64,000 nt of DNA from the IMG/VR virus record IMGVR_UViG_3300033463_000003. The stretch is one strand, 5' to 3'. The notes below the pieces were generated by a model, which ran no database searches, was not told the DNA's origin, and saw only the letters and a program-made list of their open reading frames with translations. A program made the translations under genes and the position numbers. The stretch comes from a virus. Its lineage: Duplodnaviria; Heunggongvirae; Uroviricota; Caudoviricetes. Below are positions 1 through 6,474 of the stretch, in pieces. The first letter of the stretch is position 1, and every line of letters starts with the position of its first letter.

Positions 1-55
1 ACATGTCACACTGTCACTGTGAAGATGACGGGTTCGACTCCCGTACGGTCCGCCA
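1..55 (+). tRNA. tRNA-Asp(GTC), 5'-truncated by window edge
   Basis: Anticodon arm TCACA-CTGTCAC-TGTGA, T-arm GGTTCGACTCC, 3' GCCA. Confidence 0.9.
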
Positions 56-58
56 CTT

Positions 59-145
59 AGAGCCTATACTTATTTCTTAATGGTTATAGAAGGTTCGATT
101 CCTTCACCGCCCTCTAACCCAGGGCAGTGATATTAGTTAGGCCAA
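59..145 (+). ncRNA. Bulged-stem element copy 1 (TACTTATTTCT family) carrying a tRNA T-arm mimic
   Basis: GA-GCCTA-TACTTATTTCT ... AGT-TAGGC-CAA; internal GAAGG-TTCGATT-CCTTC hairpin. Confidence 0.7.
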
Positions 146-205
146 AAAATTATTATTTATAAAGGAGATTAAGTTTATGTAAGTATTAAAAAGGAGGGCA
201 TAACA

Positions 206-457
206 ATGAGTTATAGCCGCAAACAATTTGATAAACATAAACTTAAAAAACTTGCCCATGATAGCTGTAATGGCTGGAAAGGCGGAGCTTATTATGACAG
301 AAGAAAAACCTGTTATAGACGCTACTGGAAAAGTCATGGACATACTTCAAGATATACTTATTATAAAAAGTATTATCACAAAAGAATGCGAAGATTTATT
401 AACAAGTATGGTTGGTATTCTAAAAAGGAATTTGATATAATCTGGACTTGTTGGTAA
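206..457 (+). CDS. Small basic hypothetical protein
   Basis: 83 aa, AAGGAG SD, K/R/Y-rich. Confidence 0.75.
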   Translation: MSYSRKQFDKHKLKKLAHDSCNGWKGGAYYDRRKTCYRRYWKSHGHTSRYTYYKKYYHKRMRRFINKYGWYSKKEFDIIWTCW

Positions 458-464
458 AATAATT

Positions 465-540
465 AGCTGGGTGGCCAAGTGGTTAAGGCACAAAGTTCAT
501 ACCTTTGGGATCGTCAGTTCAAATCTGACCCCAGCTACCA
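465..540 (+). tRNA. tRNA with CAT anticodon (Met or Ile2)
   Basis: AGCTGGG/CCCAGCT acceptor, CAAAG-TTCATAC-CTTTG, encoded CCA. Confidence 0.9.
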
Positions 541-542
541 TC

Positions 543-606
543 AGAGCCGATACTTATTTCTGTCTAGAGACAATTTCCTGCCACGAAATCCATATAGTTC
601 GGCCAA
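543..606 (+). ncRNA. Bulged-stem element copy 2 with anticodon-arm mimic
   Basis: GA-GCCGA-TACTTATTTCT ... AGT-TCGGC-CAA; internal ATTTC-CTGCCAC-GAAAT. Confidence 0.7.
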
Positions 607-612
607 TAATAT

Positions 613-686
613 GGCTTCTTAGTTTAAAAGGAAAACTGGATCCTTACAAGATCAGGACGGTGGAGCGTTACCATCAGAGGCCACCA
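613..686 (+). tRNA. tRNA-Val(TAC), non-canonical T-loop
   Basis: GGCTTCT/AGAGGCC acceptor, GATC-CTTACAA-GATC, T-arm GGTGG-AGCGTTA-CCATC, ACCA end. Confidence 0.75.
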
Positions 687-691
687 AATAT

Positions 692-766
692 GCGGACGTA
701 GGACAATGGTTAGTCCACTAGCTTGCCATGCTAGATATACGGGTTCGATTCCCGCCGTCCGCTCCA
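692..766 (+). tRNA. tRNA-Gly(GCC)
   Basis: CTAGC-TTGCCAT-GCTAG, canonical T-arm, TCCA end. Confidence 0.95.
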
Positions 767-771
767 CCGAA

Positions 772-905
772 GTGACTCTTCCTTATATCGTAAAGAATAA
801 GCGGGTATTGCTTACCTGGGTCCAAAGCAACGGTTAAGCTGGCATTACCGAGAGTACCAGAGAAGGTGTCTGTGGTTCACCTGAGGAGTTAGTCACCAAA
901 CCACA
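772..905 (+). ncRNA. Unknown multi-hairpin structured RNA between two tRNA-Gly genes
   Basis: GTGACT/AGTCAC closing stem, several internal hairpins, loop TGTGGTT complementary to 3' AACCACA. Confidence 0.5.
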
Positions 906-909
906 ATAC

Positions 910-984
910 GCGGGTATCGTCCAATGGTTAGGGCCTCTGCCTTCCAAGCAGAAGATACCGGTTCGACTCCGGCTACCCGCTCCA
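910..984 (+). tRNA. tRNA-Gly(TCC)
   Basis: TCTGC-CTTCCAA-GCAGA, canonical T-arm, TCCA end. Confidence 0.95.
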
Positions 985-1083
985 TACTAAAAATAATTAA
1001 GGAGAAAAAGTATGAAAACAATGAATTCACGAAGTCTAAGTTGTGGTCGCTGTAGTAGCAGTTGTTTTCATTCACTCAATTTT

Positions 1084-1161
1084 CTCCCAGTAGCTCAATC
1101 GGATTAGAGCATAACACTACGAATGTTAAGGTTGCAGGTTCAAGTCCTACCTGGGAGGCCA
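1084..1161 (+). tRNA. tRNA-Arg(ACG)
   Basis: TAACA-CTACGAA-TGTTA, CTCCCAG/CTGGGAG acceptor, GCCA. Confidence 0.95.
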
Positions 1162-1162
1162 A

Positions 1163-1237
1163 GCTTTGGTAGCCAAGTGGTTAAGGCCTCGGTCTGCAAC
1201 ACCGATATCGCGGGTTCAAATCCCACCCAAAGCTCCA
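1163..1237 (+). tRNA. tRNA-Cys(GCA)
   Basis: TCGGT-CTGCAAC-ACCGA, U discriminator, CCA. Confidence 0.95.
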
Positions 1238-1242
1238 TATTT

Positions 1243-1330
1243 GGAGGCATGGAGTAATGGTATCTCAATACCCTGCTAAGGTATCCATCGGGCAACTGAT
1301 GTCCGCGTTCGAATCGCGGTGCCTCCGCCA
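1243..1330 (+). tRNA. tRNA-Ser(GCT)
   Basis: ATACC-CTGCTAA-GGTAT, long variable arm, GCCA. Confidence 0.93.
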
Positions 1331-1345
1331 AATGAAAGGATTTTT

Positions 1346-1651
1346 ATGAAAGTGTATTTTATAGCTACAGCAAATAATATTAAAAAAGATAAGCTCGGTT
1401 GGATAGACTGGGGCAAATCACACAGAGTTGTTGGCTTTTTTGATAATTTAGAAGATGCTAAAAAGGCTGTTGAAGATAATTGGTGTGATCTATATGAAAA
1501 TGGCTACTATAAATATGCTATTATAGAAGAAAGGGAAGATGGTCTATACTCTACTTGTGATAATCCTATTTTCTATAAGTGGGAAGATGGTGGCTATAAA
1601 AAAATAAAAAGGCCAAGAGCAACTTATGGATTCTGTAATTTCACAATTTAA
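1346..1651 (+). CDS. Hypothetical phage protein
   Basis: Start moved to ATG 1346 (AAAGGA SD; the track start overlaps tRNA-Ser); 101 aa. Confidence 0.75.
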   Translation: MKVYFIATANNIKKDKLGWIDWGKSHRVVGFFDNLEDAKKAVEDNWCDLYENGYYKYAIIEEREDGLYSTCDNPIFYKWEDGGYKKIKRPRATYGFCNFTI

Positions 1652-1652
1652 T

Positions 1653-1736
1653 ACCCAGATGGTGGAATGGTAGACACCCGTGGCTTAGAACCACGTGCCG
1701 AAAGGCGTGCAGGTTCAAATCCTGTTCTGGGTACCA
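1653..1736 (+). tRNA. tRNA-Leu(TAG)
   Basis: CGTGG-CTTAGAA-CCACG, variable arm, ACCA. Confidence 0.95.
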
Positions 1737-1756
1737 ATATAATAAAGGACTAATTT

Positions 1757-2509
1757 ATGTATTTTAAAATTCCAGAAGCTTTTATTAGAAACAGACGTGA
1801 ATTATTTGCATTAATGGTTGCAACAGTTTCATCTATTCATGTAATTCAGCAACAAATAGATACAACTAATTTAACTATTTCAGAAATGCAAGAATTTTTA
1901 GCTAAAAAAGGCTTTATAAAAGTTGTTCCAGATAAACCTACTACATTACAAGAGCTAATTAATAAGCTAGATATCGCAAGTACAGCTTTTGTTAAATTAG
2001 CAAATAATAAATATATTGGAATAGTTGCAAATACATATTATTATACAGAAAACTTAGACAGTATAAAAGTTGCTGAATATTATTTAAATACTGAATATGG
2101 CCACAATCTTAAATATAAATGTATAAAATGTGGAAATTGTTGTCGTGTATATGGCTCAAATGGTGGCGTAATATTTTCTGAAGAGGATATTAACAAAATA
2201 GAACAAAATACACCATATACAATTCGTGATAAAGTTGTATTGGTATCTAATAAAAGTAATAAAAAACTATATCATCTTAGCCTTAAAAATAACCAATGTG
2301 AGTTCTTAGATAAAGATAATAGTTGTAAGCTAATTAATACATTATCTGTTAATTGCCAACTACCTGTAATTTGTTATTTATTTAGAGCTGGTCGTGGTGC
2401 AGGTATTAATTTCTTTAGCTGCCCAGGTATTGGATTGCCTGATGGTGATAACTGGGATATATTAGATGTATTTAATTGGATTGATAAATATTGTAAAGAA
2501 TATCAATAA
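1757..2509 (+). CDS. YkgJ-like Cys-cluster (Fe-S/Zn) domain protein
   Basis: CIKCGNCC, CEFLDKDNSC, PVICYLF motifs in the C-terminal half. Confidence 0.7.
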   Translation: MYFKIPEAFIRNRRELFALMVATVSSIHVIQQQIDTTNLTISEMQEFLAKKGFIKVVPDKPTTLQELINKLDIASTAFVKLANNKYIGIVANTYYYTENLDSIKVAEYYLNTEYGHNLKYKCIKCGNCCRVYGSNGGVIFSEEDINKIEQNTPYTIRDKVVLVSNKSNKKLYHLSLKNNQCEFLDKDNSCKLINTLSVNCQLPVICYLFRAGRGAGINFFSCPGIGLPDGDNWDILDVFNWIDKYCKEYQ

Positions 2510-2510
2510 T

Positions 2511-2593
2511 GCGCAAGTGGTGGAATTGGTATACACGCAGGTCTAAGAAGCCTGTGCTTCGGCATAAGAGTTCAAGTCTCTTCTTGCGCACCA
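2511..2593 (+). tRNA. tRNA-Leu(AAG) (A34, presumably inosine)
   Basis: CAGGT-CTAAGAA-GCCTG, Leu-type D-arm and variable arm, ACCA. Confidence 0.9.
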
Positions 2594-2596
2594 TAT

Positions 2597-2683
2597 GGAG
2601 GGTTGTGATAATTGGTAGTCGGGCTGTCTTGAAAACAGTTGGGTCGCAAGGCCTTTAGGGTTCGAGTCCCTAACCCTCCGCCA
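2597..2683 (+). tRNA. tRNA-Ser(TGA anticodon, reads UCA)
   Basis: GCTGT-CTTGAAA-ACAGT, variable arm, GCCA. Confidence 0.93.
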
Positions 2684-2738
2684 TATAAAAGTTTATTAAA
2701 AAATCATATTAAAAGTATGGTTTTTTTCTTTTTATAAC

Positions 2739-2746
2739 TGTATAAT
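2739..2746 (+). promoter_or_regulatory. Early/middle promoter motif TGTATAAT (also at 5083, 6461, 8827, 12039, 15153, 16151, 19501, 23020, 31108, 40121)
   Basis: 11 intergenic copies, each shortly upstream of a gene or RNA start, usually after a terminator T-tract; no TTGACA -35. Confidence 0.8.
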
Positions 2747-2764
2747 ATTACGAGGTGTTTTATT

Positions 2765-3202
2765 ATGGGATTAGATCAATATTTAAGAGCAAAAACAACT
2801 AAAAGAGAGTATCAAGGTGCTACTGGTGCTTGTAGTGGCCTTTTTGGTTTGGCACCAGATGATGAAGGAATGGTTGAAATTGGTTATTGGAGAAAAGCTT
2901 ATGACCAAGATAACCTTATTTCAAGATATGCTGAAGCTGATAATGGTTGTAATAATAGATTAATTAAAAAAGAAGATATTGATAGTATTATTAAAGAAGC
3001 TAAACATATTCTTAAAACACATAAGTTTGATAAAGAAGATGGCTTTGATATTACAGAAAGTACAGAAATTGAAGATTTTATTTCATATAGTACTTGGCAA
3101 AGTAAAAGAAAGTGGAAAGATACTATTAGGTTTTTTACAGATGCTAAAACAATTTTAAAAGAAGATCCAGAAGCAGAGATTTATTACTGCACTTGGTATT
3201 AG
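2765..3202 (+). CDS. Hypothetical phage protein (MGLDxY...YWRK type)
   Basis: 145 aa, GAGGTG SD. Confidence 0.8.
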   Translation: MGLDQYLRAKTTKREYQGATGACSGLFGLAPDDEGMVEIGYWRKAYDQDNLISRYAEADNGCNNRLIKKEDIDSIIKEAKHILKTHKFDKEDGFDITESTEIEDFISYSTWQSKRKWKDTIRFFTDAKTILKEDPEAEIYYCTWY

Positions 3203-3211
3203 GAGTAATTT

Positions 3212-4147
3212 ATGGTTAAAGATGCATTAGGCGATAGAATGAAAGAATACTACGAAGGAGTTACTAAAACTAAGCTTGTTCGTAGAATGCCTGTTATTAT
3301 TAGATTAGATGGTTGCCATTTCCATACTTTTACGCGTGGTTTTAGAAAACCTTTTGATGAACTTCTTAATAAAACTATGCAAGCAACTATGAAATATCTT
3401 TGTGAAAACATCCAGGGAGTAGTTTTAGGATATACACAATCAGATGAAATTACTTTAATTTTGGTTGATTATGCTAAACTTGAAACATCTGCCTGGTTTG
3501 ATTATGAAATCCAAAAGATTGTTTCAGTTAGTGCTGCTCTTGCTACATATGCTTTTAATAAATATTTTAATGAATTTTATCTTTATCAACTTGCTGAAAA
3601 ATGTGGGGAAACAGATGAATTTGATTTAGTTTATGATAGAGCTCGTAAAAAAGGTGCTTACTTTGATAGCCGTGCTTTTAATATTCCGAAAGAAGAAGTT
3701 ACTAATTGTGTTTTATGGCGACAACTTGATGCTGAAAGAAACTCAGTTAACTCATTAGGGCAAAGCTTATTCCCACATAAAGCTCTTCAAGGATTAAGTT
3801 GTAAAGCCCTTAAAGCTAAAATTGAAGAAGAAAAAGGCATTGTTTGGGGCAATCTTCCTACCGAACAAAAACGTGGAACTTGTTGCATTAAAAACAGGAC
3901 TTATACTCTTCCTGATGGCCAAGTAGTTAAAGAAAAAGAATATATTAATTATAAAGGCCACTTTGGAACTTTCTATTTTGATGGTGATGGTTATTATTTC
4001 TTTTATAGGGACAATGAATCATATGAAGTCAAAAGCATTAAGCTTGAAGTAAAAGAGCATGCTGAATGGGTTATTGATAAAGATATTCCAAGATTTATTG
4101 ATAGCGGCCGTGAATATATTGAAAAACTTATTAATGTAGGAGAATAA
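3212..4147 (+). CDS. tRNA-His guanylyltransferase Thg1-like protein (3'-5' polymerase)
   Basis: RMKEYYE, IRLDGCHFHTFT, YTQSDEI, FDSRAF, WRQLDAERNS motifs. Confidence 0.93.
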   Translation: MVKDALGDRMKEYYEGVTKTKLVRRMPVIIRLDGCHFHTFTRGFRKPFDELLNKTMQATMKYLCENIQGVVLGYTQSDEITLILVDYAKLETSAWFDYEIQKIVSVSAALATYAFNKYFNEFYLYQLAEKCGETDEFDLVYDRARKKGAYFDSRAFNIPKEEVTNCVLWRQLDAERNSVNSLGQSLFPHKALQGLSCKALKAKIEEEKGIVWGNLPTEQKRGTCCIKNRTYTLPDGQVVKEKEYINYKGHFGTFYFDGDGYYFFYRDNESYEVKSIKLEVKEHAEWVIDKDIPRFIDSGREYIEKLINVGE

Positions 4148-4150
4148 TCT

Positions 4151-4369
4151 ATGGAAGATAATGTTATAAGAGTTGAATCATCAGTTTCATTTGGAACACT
4201 TAGCTGGATTGTTTGGGTAGTGTTTATGATTTTATATTATGGAACAGGAACAATTGCTCATTGGCCAGTTTTTTGGATTTGGTTTCCATTCTGGCTCCCA
4301 CTTGCTATTGGTGGTTTAGGTTTATTACTTTGGCTTATATTATTTATTATTATTAAAGTAACAGAATAG
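4151..4369 (+). CDS. Small membrane protein
   Basis: Two hydrophobic segments, Trp-rich (all TGG). Confidence 0.8.
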   Translation: MEDNVIRVESSVSFGTLSWIVWVVFMILYYGTGTIAHWPVFWIWFPFWLPLAIGGLGLLLWLILFIIIKVTE

Positions 4370-4377
4370 GTAAAAAT

Positions 4378-4977
4378 ATGGCATTATTAAAACATTTACA
4401 TACAGTTGGTAAACATAGAAGATACGTTAGAAGTATGTGCTTTAAAATGGGTATTCCATGGCAAGGCTTAGTTCATGATCTTTCCAAATATTCAATTAAA
4501 GAATTAAGTATAGCAAAATATTACACAGGAACAAAGAGCCCACATGCAGCTTGTCGTGAATTAAAGGGATATAGCCCAAGCTGGATGCATCATTATCATA
4601 AAAATAAACATCATTGGCAATTTTGGCTTGATATAGAAGATTGGCCAAATAATGTAGTTCCAGTTAAAATGCCTTATAAATATGTTATTGAAAGCTTCTG
4701 TGATATGGTTGGAGCAAGTAAAGCATATAATCCAAAAAGTTGGAATGAAAGTATGCCTTGGGATTATTATGAGCAAAAATGTGCAGGTAATCGCCTCATG
4801 CACAAAGAATCTGAATACTTGCTTGCGAAACTACTTTGGAATCTTAAAATCCACGGACAAAAGAAATTTATAAAGTGGTATAAAGGCGCTAAAAAATATC
4901 TAAAAGAAAATTATATAAATGGCTCATTAGAATTTAATGATAATGAAACTTCTATCTACTTTGAAATAAGAGCTTAA
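4378..4977 (+). CDS. DUF5662-like HD-fold protein
   Basis: HDLSKYS, WMHHYHKNKHHWQ, CDMVGAS motifs. Confidence 0.8.
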   Translation: MALLKHLHTVGKHRRYVRSMCFKMGIPWQGLVHDLSKYSIKELSIAKYYTGTKSPHAACRELKGYSPSWMHHYHKNKHHWQFWLDIEDWPNNVVPVKMPYKYVIESFCDMVGASKAYNPKSWNESMPWDYYEQKCAGNRLMHKESEYLLAKLLWNLKIHGQKKFIKWYKGAKKYLKENYINGSLEFNDNETSIYFEIRA

Positions 4978-5010
4978 AAAGGTTGGTTTTATATACCAGC
5001 CTTTTTATTT
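4977..5010 (+). terminator. Intrinsic terminator
   Basis: AAAAGGTTGGT...ACCAGCCTTTT hairpin plus T-tract. Confidence 0.7.
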
Positions 5011-5107
5011 TATTTAAAACAACTAATTATAATAAAAACTGATAAAAAGGTATGCAAATTAAGCATATCTTTTTTTATTTATTGTATAATATATATGAGG
5101 TTTTAAT

Positions 5108-5950
5108 ATGGAAAAAGCTATTGTAGAATTTGGAAAAAGAATGGATGCTGCTGAAGATAAGGCTTTACTTGTTGATTATGCTGAAGGCGCAACAAGAGTT
5201 TTAGATTTAGGAGCTGGTACTGGTAAGATTTCACGTGATATTGCCGAAAAATGGGGGGCTCATTGTGATGCAGTTGATATTCAGTTTAAAGATAATTGTC
5301 AAAATACAGATAAAGTTACTTACTATGGTATGAGTATTATAGACTTTCTTAGAACATATAGTAATAAAAAATATGATTGTATTATTTTGTCTGCTATTTT
5401 ACATGAATTAGATGCTCACACACTTAACTTTTTGAAAGAATATCTACCAATTATGATGATGAAGAACTGTAGAATTCTTATTCGTGAGCCATTTTATGAC
5501 AGTGCTTTAGGCCCAGTTCAAAAAGAAAATGCAGAAAAGTTTATTGACTTAGTTTCTAAAAATGTTTCTGCTGATAAAGCCTTTGAATTTTATTTTGCTA
5601 CAAAGTTAAGTTTAGGTTGCAGTTTATTTAGCCGCCAGATTAACTTTGCTTCATCAGTAGATTGGGCTAACCTTGCATTTACTATTTCATATGGTGAACA
5701 AAGCTGGGAACGTGAAAAACATGAGTTTAGATATGCTTATAGTTTAGACTGGTGTAAAGATTTCTTCAATTTTACTAATAAAGAATTCCATGATAGTGTA
5801 GTTAGACCATTTACAGGTTTTCAAGTTTATCCAGTTTTAGATAGAACATATAAACAACATTTTATTAATGTAGGTATTCCAGGTGAAGCTTTTGATTTAA
5901 TTCAATATACTGGAATGATTGTAATTATTGACTATTCTAAAGGGGAATAA
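5108..5950 (+). CDS. Class I SAM-dependent methyltransferase
   Basis: VLDLGAGTG motif I, YDCIILSAILHEL. Confidence 0.85.
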   Translation: MEKAIVEFGKRMDAAEDKALLVDYAEGATRVLDLGAGTGKISRDIAEKWGAHCDAVDIQFKDNCQNTDKVTYYGMSIIDFLRTYSNKKYDCIILSAILHELDAHTLNFLKEYLPIMMMKNCRILIREPFYDSALGPVQKENAEKFIDLVSKNVSADKAFEFYFATKLSLGCSLFSRQINFASSVDWANLAFTISYGEQSWEREKHEFRYAYSLDWCKDFFNFTNKEFHDSVVRPFTGFQVYPVLDRTYKQHFINVGIPGEAFDLIQYTGMIVIIDYSKGE

Positions 5951-5951
5951 T

Positions 5952-6392
5952 ATGAAAAGATTAACACCAGAAGAAATAAAATTTGTAAAAGAAACTAAAT
6001 TTACTCCAACAGTTTATCAATGTGATCAATATTATTTAACTTCATTTGATGACTACACTGACGCTGCTAAAGTTGCTAAAGAGAAGTATGGTGTAGATTT
6101 AGATAAATTTATTGCTAAGAATATTGCAGCAAGTTTAAATGATGCTGATGCCATTTCTTTAGATTATGTTGCTATTTATTTATTATATAGCTTCTTCACA
6201 AAAGATGAACTTGAAAAAATGACACCTAAAGAAGCTCTTAGCTGGCTTATGGAGTATAGATATTATTTCGGGTTTAGAAAATGGGCTGAACAAGATGCAG
6301 CTAATGCTATTTATGATGCTATTGCTATTTATGATGGTGCTGCAGAGTTCTATGATCAGCCAGATGGAAATGTTTGGTGTCGTGAAAAATAA
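5952..6392 (+). CDS. Hypothetical protein
   Basis: ATG 5952 after AAGGGG SD; 146 aa. Confidence 0.75.
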   Translation: MKRLTPEEIKFVKETKFTPTVYQCDQYYLTSFDDYTDAAKVAKEKYGVDLDKFIAKNIAASLNDADAISLDYVAIYLLYSFFTKDELEKMTPKEALSWLMEYRYYFGFRKWAEQDAANAIYDAIAIYDGAAEFYDQPDGNVWCREK

Positions 6393-6474
6393 TTTTTTTT
6401 GAAAAATTTTAAAATTTATTAGCTAAAATAATAATCAGCAGGAAAAAATAAATTTTCTGCTGTATAATATATAG

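Noticed and set aside
2597-2683. tRNA with TGA anticodon as an opal suppressor
   Set aside because: Anticodon UGA reads Ser UCA; a suppressor would need anticodon TCA. None is present in the window.
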